Below are positions 18,046 through 27,197 of a DNA stretch of 57,098 bases, one piece after another. Where the stretch lies: assembly GCA_048885865.1 (NCBI GenBank), contig JBHLLF010000007.1:1-57098 (forward strand). The letters are read 5' to 3'. The position numbers and the translations under genes are program-made. The stretch is from Candidatus Hermodarchaeota archaeon. GTDB taxonomy: Archaea; Asgardarchaeota; Thorarchaeia; Thorarchaeales; Thorarchaeaceae. How positions within the stretch are numbered: the first letter of the stretch is position 1; each line of letters starts with the position of its first letter. Below the pieces are notes generated by a model. That model did not search any database. It had not been told where the DNA came from and worked only from the letters and a program-made list of their open reading frames with translations.

Positions 18046-19200
18046 TTATATAGAATCATTCAGGTACTCTCTAATCGCTTCAGAAACGACACAAGCTGTT
18101 TCAAAATCTGCTTTCATTAGGTTCTTGGCTAGGCCAAAACCTAATTTTCGTCCAGGATCGGCAAATCCCAGTGATCCGCCCATTCCTGGGTGACCGAACT
18201 CTTCGCCCGAACCGCCCATAGCTCTACTCCAATCATGATTTGTATCACCTCCTAGAAAATAGCCGAGAGATTTGGGCTCTGAAACTCCGTACACCTCGTC
18301 TGGGGCATAAGTTTGCAGAGCTCGCATCACATAGACTCGCTCTCTTGAGAGAATTCTTGTACCATCCAGAACTCCAAAGCCAGCGAGCATTGCATAAAGG
18401 CGAGCAATGGCACGTGCGTTCATAATGCCGCCAGCTCCAGGGATAGAAGCCCGGCGTACATCAGATCGGTTAAGGGTGTCAGCGGTGGTGATCTGCGGCG
18501 GCGCCACACGCAGAAGCAGGTCGCTTGGCTCTGGTGACATGTCAGATGATCTTGGCTCTCGTCTGAGTGGCGCAACACGGTCTTCGACAATATCAGGAAT
18601 TCCAAGATAGAAATCCCTAATTCCAAGAGGCCAACAGAGCTCATCCTGAGCGAATTGAGCGATTGATCGACCGTCAACTCGTCGGATGATTTCACCAACT
18701 AACCAGCCAAAGGTCCAGAAGTGATAGCCTGTCCTAGTCCCGGGTGTCCACAATGGCTCATGTTGAGAGATAGCTGAGCACATCTTATCCCAATCAGTCA
18801 TCATCTCAGGTGTCACTCCATCCGGCATATGCGGAATCCCAGCAGAATGAGTGAGGACGTGACGAACTGTAATCTGGTGCTTCCCGTGGGCCGCGAACTC
18901 TGGCCAATAGTATGCCACCGGGGCGTCATAATCCACTTGACCACGATCAGCGAGAATGTGAAGACATGCTGCAACAAACCCTTTGGTCGTCGACCATGAC
19001 GTGAAAAGGGTATTACCATTGACCTGCTGCCTACTGGCCTCATCCGTGACCCCAGCCCATGCGTCGATTACTAGCTCACCATCAACATAAGCCGCCACTT
19101 GCAGGCCTAGTTCCTCACCTGACTCCACCCTTTCATCTATGATTTCTTGCACACACGTATTCAGTCCCTTCGTCATTGACATCCTACTCCTAAGGCCCAT
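18046..19200 (-). CDS. Beta-lactamase-family (EstB/AmpC-like) serine hydrolase
   Basis: SxxK (STTK), PVAYYWPEF, LTHSAG, GYH, FGHPGMGGS. Confidence 0.9.
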   Translation of the reverse strand: MGLRSRMSMTKGLNTCVQEIIDERVESGEELGLQVAAYVDGELVIDAWAGVTDEASRQQVNGNTLFTSWSTTKGFVAACLHILADRGQVDYDAPVAYYWPEFAAHGKHQITVRHVLTHSAGIPHMPDGVTPEMMTDWDKMCSAISQHEPLWTPGTRTGYHFWTFGWLVGEIIRRVDGRSIAQFAQDELCWPLGIRDFYLGIPDIVEDRVAPLRREPRSSDMSPEPSDLLLRVAPPQITTADTLNRSDVRRASIPGAGGIMNARAIARLYAMLAGFGVLDGTRILSRERVYVMRALQTYAPDEVYGVSEPKSLGYFLGGDTNHDWSRAMGGSGEEFGHPGMGGSLGFADPGRKLGFGLAKNLMKADFETACVVSEAIREYLNDSI

Positions 19201-19275
19201 TTTGCGCCATGAGCTATGCAGGAAATTCTGGAAGATGTGTGTAGCTGAAACCCAGTCCCTCGGAAAAGCTAGCGG

Positions 19276-19581
19276 CTACTTTCTCCTCAGGTTCAGGAAT
19301 TTCCCGTCCTTTACCTGTGCCAAGTATCTACGCCCTTGCATCACCCACAGAATCTGATGACCTTCTTTTGCGAGCTTCGCCCATTTGGAGTCCTTGTGAG
19401 GGTTCTGTTCGATGAAGGTGTATCCTCCTCTCTCAACAAGTCGGACCTTACTCTTTGATGTCTGTTTTATTGGATAGACATTTCCATTAATCTCGACAGA
19501 GTCTGATCCATCGAAGATGGCTGTGAATACAGTATTAGCTATCCCTTCCAATTTGTCAATCCTTTCCTCTTCACTGGACAT
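19276..19581 (-). CDS. Hypothetical 101-aa protein
   Basis: Clean ORF filling the gap, ATG start, FIEQNP-x-K-x-S-x-WA motif; no function recognised. Confidence 0.7.
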   Translation of the reverse strand: MSSEEERIDKLEGIANTVFTAIFDGSDSVEINGNVYPIKQTSKSKVRLVERGGYTFIEQNPHKDSKWAKLAKEGHQILWVMQGRRYLAQVKDGKFLNLRRK

Positions 19582-19714
19582 CTTAGCTCGGGAGAAATAG
19601 CATCCATACTGCTTTAGTGTTTCTGAGAGTGCTAAAAATCTGGATAAAGCTCTGAAACCCAGTTGTCATCTGAGGTTCAACAGTCGGTAGGCTCGACATG
19701 GACTCTTAATCTTC

Positions 19715-20356
19715 TCATTCATCCTGATTGAACCGAGGGAGCAATCGGCCAGTCCGCTTCATGTACTCGGCGTATTCATCCCCAAACTGCTCAATCATCA
19801 TTTCCTCCTCACTAGGAATCCTTCGATAATTCACCCATATCGAGAATGCAAAGAAGACAAACACAAGCAAATCAGAAGCAATGAGTATCAGGCCTGCAGT
19901 ATAGACAAAAATCCCGAGATACATCGGATGCCTCACTCGACCATAGGGACCGCTGGTTATTAGCTTATGATCCTCCTGTAGCTCAAGAGCAATTGACCAC
20001 TGTGTATCGAGATGCCGATGAACCCAGACCAAGTAGAAGAGGGGGGGAATAGCTATGGCAATTCCCAGCCATTTGACAAGTTCCCCCAACGGCAATCGCG
20101 TCCATACCCACCATGGTGGTGACAATAGATAGAGGATGAGTCCGGCTCCCCCCACCACAGTGATGATACCTGTGAGAATCATGACCCCCCTTCCTATCTC
20201 CTGTTCGGCTGTCTTCAGTTTTTCCGCAACTCCTACTAGACTGTCATGGGTCTTGGTCTTTCGTCCATAGTATCCTCTAATGATTCCAAGCATAATCCAG
20301 AGTGAAACAAACGAGATGCGGAAGAAGATATCAAGATCCATCATGACCACCTGCAT
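19715..20356 (-). CDS. ICMT/Ste14-family integral-membrane SAM methyltransferase
   Basis: HKLITSGPYGRVRHPMY, EEEMMIEQFGDEY-x2-Y-x3-TGRLLP. Confidence 0.9.
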   Translation of the reverse strand: MQVVMMDLDIFFRISFVSLWIMLGIIRGYYGRKTKTHDSLVGVAEKLKTAEQEIGRGVMILTGIITVVGGAGLILYLLSPPWWVWTRLPLGELVKWLGIAIAIPPLFYLVWVHRHLDTQWSIALELQEDHKLITSGPYGRVRHPMYLGIFVYTAGLILIASDLLVFVFFAFSIWVNYRRIPSEEEMMIEQFGDEYAEYMKRTGRLLPRFNQDE

Positions 20357-20469
20357 TATAGAATGTTAGACTAATCTAACTTTATGGTCCTCTTCTCTAA
20401 TATCCTTCACTTTGTAAGCATCCGACGATAAGAAAGGAATTTTACGGGGTTCAGTGTTACTATTTCGAG

Positions 20470-21123
20470 GTGTTGCGTGCTTTGGAGAATTTAGAGAGAC
20501 TAAGGAATGCCATTGTTGAAGGAGATCCGGACGTGGCTGAGGATCTAGCAAAAGGAATGATGGAATCAGGAGAAGACGTTCTGAACGCTATCAACAATGC
20601 TGTTGTTCCTGGAATTAATCAGGCAGGAGAACTGTGGAAACAGAACAAGTATTTCATTTCAGATGTAGTGATGTGTGGAGAGGCCTTCAAATCTGCAATG
20701 AACATCCTAGAGAAGGACAAGGATATTCAGAATCGTGAGAAGATTGGCAAATACTTGATCTGCACTGTTGAAGGAGATATGCATGATCTTGGGAAGTCGA
20801 TTGTGATGACGATGCTGAAGGGAGCAGGTTTTGAGGTCATCGACCTGGGCGTCAATGTCCCAATTGCCACATTCATTGAGAAGACGAGGGAACTGAAGCC
20901 AGACATTGTGGGCTTGGGAGCATACATGAGCACAACTGCGTCTACGTTGAAAGACTATGTCCAAGCATTAGAGGACAATGGATTGAGAGATAGCGTGAAG
21001 GTGATGATGGGAGGCGTCAGGACCAGCGAGGAGTATGTCAAGAAACAGGGAGCAGATGCGTGGGGCATAGATGGAATTGAAGCAGCAGAAAAGGCGCTGC
21101 AACTACTGGGGGTGCGGAAATGA
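20470..21123 (+). CDS. Corrinoid (B12-binding) methyltransferase cognate protein, MtaC/MtsB-like
   Basis: Cap domain plus TVEGDMHDLGK (DxHxxG), DLGVNVP, KVMMGG, GADAW. Confidence 0.92.
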   Translation: MLRALENLERLRNAIVEGDPDVAEDLAKGMMESGEDVLNAINNAVVPGINQAGELWKQNKYFISDVVMCGEAFKSAMNILEKDKDIQNREKIGKYLICTVEGDMHDLGKSIVMTMLKGAGFEVIDLGVNVPIATFIEKTRELKPDIVGLGAYMSTTASTLKDYVQALEDNGLRDSVKVMMGGVRTSEEYVKKQGADAWGIDGIEAAEKALQLLGVRK

Positions 21124-22406
21124 GCTTCATTAGACCATCGACTGGAGAGGCAATTAAAGGACTACTCTATGCCAAGGGGTTACGTTTCATCAATCTGAAC
21201 CCAGGAGCAAGATCAGTGGCAGCTATGATGGGAAAACCAGACTACGTGCCTATGGCGACTGCACAGATCCATGTTCATGCAATGACCGTAGCTGGGGCAG
21301 ACCCTGAAAGATTTCATCGCAAAGATGGGGCGTATTGCACGGATGTACAGGTCAACGTTCAGAAATGGTATGGATTCGAAACCCCAATGGGAATGGCTCC
21401 AGAGGCTTATAACTATGAAATTGAGGCGTTGGGTGGAAAACTGATTAAAAGTACAGACCATATGAACACAATAGATCAGAGCGACCCACTAATCAAAAAT
21501 CCAGAAGACATGGACAAGGTCAAGCTGCCAATTGAGAGAGACTGGGGCAGAGTGGGGTTTGTCATTGATAGTATACTCAGAAATAAAGAGACTTCAGGAT
21601 ATTGCAGCGGATTCTTCTGCGCTCCTTTCAGCTTCATCTGCGGGATTCATTCATATCCCAGAGTCATTCTGAACATCAGAAAGAACCCGGAATTCATTCA
21701 TGGACTTCTTCAATGGTCTATAGATGATGTTCTGATACCTTACCTTCAGTTGTTGAAGGAGGAGACAGGAGCCAAGAACTCGATTGGTGCTGATGCATGG
21801 GCTGTTATACCAAACATCAGCAAAGAGATTCTCGACGAGTTCGTCTTCCCATGGAACAAGTATCTGATGCAGCAGGCTAAGAAGAAGGGCTTGGATGCAA
21901 TGGTTGCAATATCTGCTGACTATTGCGAAGACAACCCTGAGAGATTCGATTCTGACCTAATGAAGTGGTGCTGGTCTCGAATGGGACAAGAGATGATGGG
22001 AATGCCATTCCTAATGATGGGGATGGGTAAGCCAGAATACTGGCCAATGGAAGTGATGCAGGAGTTCGTTAACGAGAACAAGGCAAAGGGCTCTTGGCCC
22101 CCGGTTGCTGCAACCTGCAGTGCTAGCTATATTCGGGATGCATCCCCGTATGAGATAGCTGACTTTGTCAAGAAGGTGATAGATGGGTTGGGCAGAGATG
22201 GTCATCTCATGTTCAATGCCATTCAGATCCCAGCGGACACTCCTCCGATAAACGTCCATTCCTATCTCGAGGCAGTCAGGCTCTATGGGAAATATCCAAT
22301 AGCAGAGAATCTGGATGAGATTGAATTCAGGCCTCCTGAGTTTGAACCCTATAAAGAGTGGTTTGCGCGAGAGGTCGCCGAGGGGAGAGCTACTCCCTAC
22401 GAGTAG
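21120..22406 (+). CDS. UroD/MtaA-CmuA-family methylcobamide methyltransferase
   Basis: YNYEIEALGG, APFS, NPEFIHGLL, EFVFP, IPADTPPINV; 4-bp overlap with the corrinoid gene. Confidence 0.8.
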   Translation: MSFIRPSTGEAIKGLLYAKGLRFINLNPGARSVAAMMGKPDYVPMATAQIHVHAMTVAGADPERFHRKDGAYCTDVQVNVQKWYGFETPMGMAPEAYNYEIEALGGKLIKSTDHMNTIDQSDPLIKNPEDMDKVKLPIERDWGRVGFVIDSILRNKETSGYCSGFFCAPFSFICGIHSYPRVILNIRKNPEFIHGLLQWSIDDVLIPYLQLLKEETGAKNSIGADAWAVIPNISKEILDEFVFPWNKYLMQQAKKKGLDAMVAISADYCEDNPERFDSDLMKWCWSRMGQEMMGMPFLMMGMGKPEYWPMEVMQEFVNENKAKGSWPPVAATCSASYIRDASPYEIADFVKKVIDGLGRDGHLMFNAIQIPADTPPINVHSYLEAVRLYGKYPIAENLDEIEFRPPEFEPYKEWFAREVAEGRATPYE

Positions 22407-22413
22407 ATATGGT

Positions 22414-23082
22414 TCACATGATGGTTCCACTGCCAATGCCAGAAGCTTCGTCAGCCAATTGACTGGCGATTTCTAGGATTTGCTGCCTTGAAGGATATTG
22501 GAGCACTCTAAGGGGAGGCATACTCTCAATCAGAAGTGAGTATAGAATGCCTTCACCTGAAATGAATTCCTCCTGCGAGATGGGTACAGTAAAGCGCTCC
22601 TGTCTTCGCGCGATCTTAAAGCCCTCTATATCGATCTTGTATTCCCATCTCCAAATCACGCTCGGAACATCTAGCTTCTGTCTCTCTGCTGGCATTGAAT
22701 GCATGTATGCAATGAAAAACAGTGTGTTTGACCCCCAGTAAGCCACTAGGAAAACCCTCCCTATTTTGGCCACTGCATACCTGCCCTTCAGGACCACTTC
22801 ATCTGGAGAGATCTTCCTGATGATGTCAAGACTGTGAAAGAATAGCTTGCTCCCGGCTCCATAGTAGAAAGTAATCGTAAAACCAGAGAGTACTCCAACT
22901 ACGATGAAGCCAAAAATGCCAAGAGAGGCCCCCGGAGGAAGGAAGTTGTTAAAGAAGGCAAGAAACAGAAGGAGGAATATTGGAGAGATCAACAAAAGGA
23001 GTCCAATACGAACCCTCCTCCTAACCTTGGCACGTAGCTCCTCCTCTCCAAGAAAAGGCATCGACGCGGCGGTATTTTCCAC
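22414..23082 (-). CDS. Hypothetical 2-TM membrane protein
   Basis: Two N-terminal hydrophobic helices plus a soluble domain. Confidence 0.65.
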   Translation of the reverse strand: MENTAASMPFLGEEELRAKVRRRVRIGLLLLISPIFLLLFLAFFNNFLPPGASLGIFGFIVVGVLSGFTITFYYGAGSKLFFHSLDIIRKISPDEVVLKGRYAVAKIGRVFLVAYWGSNTLFFIAYMHSMPAERQKLDVPSVIWRWEYKIDIEGFKIARRQERFTVPISQEEFISGEGILYSLLIESMPPLRVLQYPSRQQILEIASQLADEASGIGSGTIM

Positions 23083-23163
23083 GATTCCTCACTCAAGTGT
23101 AGATACACGCCGACTCAGAAAAGGGTTTGTAGAATTCCTAGCCTTGAACGAGTTTGCAATAGG

Positions 23164-23187
23164 ATGCACTATATTAAAGCATACAAT
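23164..23187 (+). promoter_or_regulatory. Conserved promoter box, copy 1 (TATA-containing)
   Basis: ATGCACTATATTAAAGCATACAAT, identical to 24266..24289. Confidence 0.75.
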
Positions 23188-23213
23188 GAAATTACAATCT
23201 GTAACCATTATAG

Positions 23214-24209
23214 ATGAATAAAATGGAGAGAGATGTCAAGTTCCTTGCTGGATTCGTCATCGCAATGTTTGTCATGTCAGTCTCTTTGATTATCACAGAT
23301 CCATTGTCACCTCAACAGAGCGTGGATCTCTCAGGGTTTCCTGACTTCATCACTAAGAACGAGGACTATTACATTACTCGAATTGGGGACGTTCCGGAAA
23401 TAGACCGCGACACCTATCGACTTGAAATTAGTGGGTTGGTTGACAATCGAACAAGCTTCACCCTAGACGAGCTGCAATCGCTGGATTTAATCGAGCTACC
23501 TCTCACCATTGAGTGCATCGGGAACCCAGCGAATGGACCGTTAATAAGTACCGCCGTTTGGAAAGGCTTCAATCTCTATGAATTACTGCAATCAGTGGGC
23601 ATCTCAGAGAATGCAACTGGAATCAGATATGTGACTGCGGACTACTATTATGCATCACATACTCTAGACCAGCTGAGAGACAATGGAGTAATAGGCGCAT
23701 TGTATATGAACGGGGTGGAGATTCCGCCTGTCCAAGGATTTCCTTTGCGAATCATAAATCCGGGCTATTTTGGAGCAAAGCAACCTGCCTGGGTGACTGG
23801 GATTGAGGTCATGGATAGGCCATTAGAGGACTATTGGGATGACTTAGGATGGGACACCTCTCCGCCAATGGATATCGACTCACACATATTCTTTCCCGAC
23901 GAGTTTGTCACCATAAGAGTGAATGAGAATCTAAGAGTTGGAGGTTGTGCTTTCGGAGGGACGCGTGTGAAAGTTGTGGAATATACAATAGACTATGGCT
24001 TCACATGGAACAACGCGCAGATAATCCAGCAAATGGATGCAGATAATGTATGGGTGTTTTGGGAGATCAATCTAAGATTCAATAGCACAGACCAAGTCAT
24101 TCTGCAGGTTAGAGCTACGGATATCAATAACAATCAGCAACAAAAGACGGACTTTAACTTCCGTGATGGAACCAGTTATTGGCCTCGTGTGAAAATCACT
24201 GTGGCATGA
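23214..24209 (+). CDS. Sulfite-oxidase-family molybdopterin oxidoreductase, N-terminally anchored (paralog 1)
   Basis: Mo-ligand IECIGN, TAVWKG, MNG-x-EIP-x2-QGFPLR-x3-PGYFGAK-x3-W-x3-IE, YW; C-terminal dimerisation domain. Confidence 0.9.
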   Translation: MNKMERDVKFLAGFVIAMFVMSVSLIITDPLSPQQSVDLSGFPDFITKNEDYYITRIGDVPEIDRDTYRLEISGLVDNRTSFTLDELQSLDLIELPLTIECIGNPANGPLISTAVWKGFNLYELLQSVGISENATGIRYVTADYYYASHTLDQLRDNGVIGALYMNGVEIPPVQGFPLRIINPGYFGAKQPAWVTGIEVMDRPLEDYWDDLGWDTSPPMDIDSHIFFPDEFVTIRVNENLRVGGCAFGGTRVKVVEYTIDYGFTWNNAQIIQQMDADNVWVFWEINLRFNSTDQVILQVRATDINNNQQQKTDFNFRDGTSYWPRVKITVA

Positions 24210-24265
24210 GGTGGTAGCTGGAAGAATAAGACTCTGATGAGCCTGTCTTTGATGGCGGTTTGGCA

Positions 24266-24289
24266 ATGCACTATATTAAAGCATACAAT
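24266..24289 (+). promoter_or_regulatory. Conserved promoter box, copy 2
   Basis: Exact 24-bp repeat of 23164..23187. Confidence 0.75.
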
Positions 24290-24343
24290 CAAATTGCTTC
24301 TCATCATCTGGTGAGGGGAAAACATCTGCGAAGGGGATAGCTG

Positions 24344-25330
24344 ATGGAGAGAGATCTGAAGATACTGGCGTATTTCATTATCGCGATGGTTGTGACATCT
24401 GTCTTACTGATCGCAGTGCATCCCTTATCACCAGCAGAGGAGGAAGTCTCTTCAGAATATCCAGATTTTATCACGAAGAATGAAGACTACTTCATAACTC
24501 GAATTGGGAGTGTACCTCCGATTGACCGAAACACATACCGGCTCGATGTGACGGGGCTCATTGACAATCCCACCAGCTTTACTCTGGATGAACTGCAGTC
24601 ATTGAACATGACCGAGCTTCCTCTGACAGTCGAATGCATTGGTAATAGTGCATTTGGGAACCTGATAGGTACTGCAATTTGGAAAGGATTCATGTTAATT
24701 GATTTGCTGGAGTCCCTGGGTCTCTCAGAGAATGCAACAGGAGTCAAGTATCGAGCTGCTGATGGGTACTACGCATCCCACACTATGGACCAGATAAGAA
24801 ACAATGGAGTGCTCGGAGCTCTATATATGAACGGGGTGGAGATTCCGCCAGTGCAGGGATTCCCTCTGCGAATTCTCAACCCAGGGTATTATGGCATCAA
24901 GCAACCCGCCTGGGTCACCGAGATTGAGGTGATTGACAGGCCGCTGGAGGACTACTGGGAGGACCGCGGATGGGACACCTCACCACCCATAGAGATTGAT
25001 TCACATATTTTCTTTCCAAAAGGGGCGGTTTCAATCGGTGTGTATGAGAACTTACAGATTGGTGGGTGCGCATTTGGAGGCACTCGTGTCAAGCTAGTGG
25101 AGTACTCGGTTGATGATGGTGCAACGTGGACCAATGCACCAATTGTTCAGCAGATGGATGCAGACAATGTATGGGTGTTCTGGGGCATCAACGTGACTTT
25201 CTCTACTGTGGGCCAGATCACTCTGCATGTCAGAGCCACTGACATCAACGACAACCTACAGACTAGGACCGATGAGTCATATCTTGACGGAACCAGTAGT
25301 TGGCCTCAGCTATCAATCAACGTGATATAA
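24344..25330 (+). CDS. Sulfite-oxidase-family molybdopterin oxidoreductase (paralog 2)
   Basis: VECIGN and the same motifs; co-linear with and highly similar to paralog 1. Confidence 0.9.
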   Translation: MERDLKILAYFIIAMVVTSVLLIAVHPLSPAEEEVSSEYPDFITKNEDYFITRIGSVPPIDRNTYRLDVTGLIDNPTSFTLDELQSLNMTELPLTVECIGNSAFGNLIGTAIWKGFMLIDLLESLGLSENATGVKYRAADGYYASHTMDQIRNNGVLGALYMNGVEIPPVQGFPLRILNPGYYGIKQPAWVTEIEVIDRPLEDYWEDRGWDTSPPIEIDSHIFFPKGAVSIGVYENLQIGGCAFGGTRVKLVEYSVDDGATWTNAPIVQQMDADNVWVFWGINVTFSTVGQITLHVRATDINDNLQTRTDESYLDGTSSWPQLSINVI

Positions 25331-25364
25331 GAGAGAAGCGGCAAGAACGGTCTTCTCTCTTTTT
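25329..25364 (+). terminator. Stem-loop plus U-tract after paralog 2
   Basis: AAGAGAGAAG...CTTCTCTCTT followed by TTT. Confidence 0.6.
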
Positions 25365-25461
25365 CAGATGTTTGAATGTAATGTGGGTCGAGCCCCCAAT
25401 CAATTAATCAGAAGCGATAGGCCATCACTGTGAACACCCCACTCATGACCAATGATGAGAG

Positions 25462-27135
25462 ATGATGATCATGGACATTGTCAAAGGGTTTCCTTCCACC
25501 TCAGATCATAGCGCCCAGTTGAGCATAGCCAATATTATCAAACACGCCGCAAGGAACTTCGGGAGGCAGGAGATTGTCAGCAGAAAGCGAAATGTGACCT
25601 TGTTTCGGTATACATACAATGAAGCCTATGAACGGGCGCAACGTCTAGCGAATTCCCTGAGTTCACTTGGAGTTGAGATCGGAGATCGGATTGGAGTCCT
25701 TGCGTGGAACACATACAGATACCATGAGATGTATTTCGGTATTCCTGGTAGTGGCGCAGTCATGGTCCTGATGAACCCACGTTTCACATCACTGGAATTG
25801 AGCTATGTTGTGAACCATGCGGGACTGAAACTGATCTTTGTGGAAGAAGACCTGCTGCCGATGGTTGAAATAGTTGCACCCAATTGTGATACCCTCCAGG
25901 GCTTCGTAATTCTCACAGATGGGAAGCTGGAAGACATAGAAACAAATCTACAGCCGGTCTACAGCTATGAAGATTGTCTGTGTGACGCAGCACCTGTTTA
26001 CGAGTGGCCCTTGATGGACGAGACCAGTGCTTCAAGTGCTTGTTATACGACAGGTACAACAGGCAGACCCAAGGGGGTCTATTACTCCCATCGGGATGTC
26101 TACCTCCAAGCCATGATGTACGCTCTCAATGCGATGATCTCCGCGAAGGACTGTGTCTTGCAGATTGTTCCCATGTTTCATGTTCTGGGATGGGGCACAC
26201 CCTATGCAGCAACTATGGCTGGTGCGAAGCTGGTATTCACTGGGAGATACAGCTTGGAGGACATGAATGATCTCGTCAAGGTCATCGTTGAGGAGAATGT
26301 AACAATGGCCAATGGAGTGCCATCCATCCTGCAGGCGCTGCTCAATCCTCTTTTGAAGATGGATCCTTGTCCCGACTTGTCTGGAGTCCGATTTATCACT
26401 GGAGGCTCCGAGCCACCACTGTCTATGATGAGAAGCTACTGGGATGAGGCCGGGGCCGAGGTTGTTCATTCATACGGATCTACCGAAGCTCAAGCCATTG
26501 TCACCTTGAACCTGCCCAAACCTTGGCTGAACAAGGAGCTATCTGAGGAAGAGAGATGGAATTTGAAGACGAAACAGGGAAATGTTGTAGTAGGGCTTGA
26601 TGTCAAAATTGTAGATTCGGACGGAAGAGAATTGCCTCACGATGGCCAATCAGTCGGAGAGATTCTTCTTCGTGGACCATGGGTTCTGGGAAAATACCAT
26701 GATGCTCCAGGTTCCGAAAGCCAGTTCACCAAAGATGGCTACTTCAGAACAGGGGATGTGGGATCCATTGATTCCGAAGGTTATCTAAAGATCTCAGACC
26801 GTCTAAAGGACTTGATCAAGAGTGGGGGAGAGTGGATCTCGTCTGTAGATATGGAGAATGAGCTATTCAACCATCCAGCGGTCATCGAAGCGGCAGTTGT
26901 CGGCATTGCGCATCCCAAGTGGGAAGAACGACCTCTAGCACTAGTGGTTCTGGGAGATGAGTTCAAGAAGGAAGTGGAAGTCGGCGAAATCTTGGAACAT
27001 CTTAGCCAGAGATTCGCCAAATGGCAGCTCCCTGACGAGGTCCTGTTTGTGGATGCCATTCCAAAGACTAGTGTTGGGAAGATAGACAAGAAGGTCATTA
27101 GGGCGGACTATGAAGACCTCTATGCAGACGGGTAG
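25462..27135 (+). CDS. Acyl-CoA ligase (AlkK/DmdB-like medium/long-chain fatty acid or MMPA-CoA ligase)
   Basis: YTTGTTGRPKG, VPMFHVLGWG-x-PY, SYGSTE, FRTGD, DRLKDLIKSGGEWISSVDMEN, HPKWEERP, PKTSVGK. Confidence 0.9.
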   Translation: MMIMDIVKGFPSTSDHSAQLSIANIIKHAARNFGRQEIVSRKRNVTLFRYTYNEAYERAQRLANSLSSLGVEIGDRIGVLAWNTYRYHEMYFGIPGSGAVMVLMNPRFTSLELSYVVNHAGLKLIFVEEDLLPMVEIVAPNCDTLQGFVILTDGKLEDIETNLQPVYSYEDCLCDAAPVYEWPLMDETSASSACYTTGTTGRPKGVYYSHRDVYLQAMMYALNAMISAKDCVLQIVPMFHVLGWGTPYAATMAGAKLVFTGRYSLEDMNDLVKVIVEENVTMANGVPSILQALLNPLLKMDPCPDLSGVRFITGGSEPPLSMMRSYWDEAGAEVVHSYGSTEAQAIVTLNLPKPWLNKELSEEERWNLKTKQGNVVVGLDVKIVDSDGRELPHDGQSVGEILLRGPWVLGKYHDAPGSESQFTKDGYFRTGDVGSIDSEGYLKISDRLKDLIKSGGEWISSVDMENELFNHPAVIEAAVVGIAHPKWEERPLALVVLGDEFKKEVEVGEILEHLSQRFAKWQLPDEVLFVDAIPKTSVGKIDKKVIRADYEDLYADG

Positions 27136-27197
27136 AAGCACGCCCTTTGTCACACTGTGAGGTTTGTGTAGGGAATATGAGGATTTGAATCCCGGCA

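Noticed and set aside
20470-22406. Pyrrolysine/selenocysteine read-through near the methyltransferase genes or elsewhere
   Set aside because: No ORF appears truncated at an in-frame TAG/TGA with family similarity continuing beyond it
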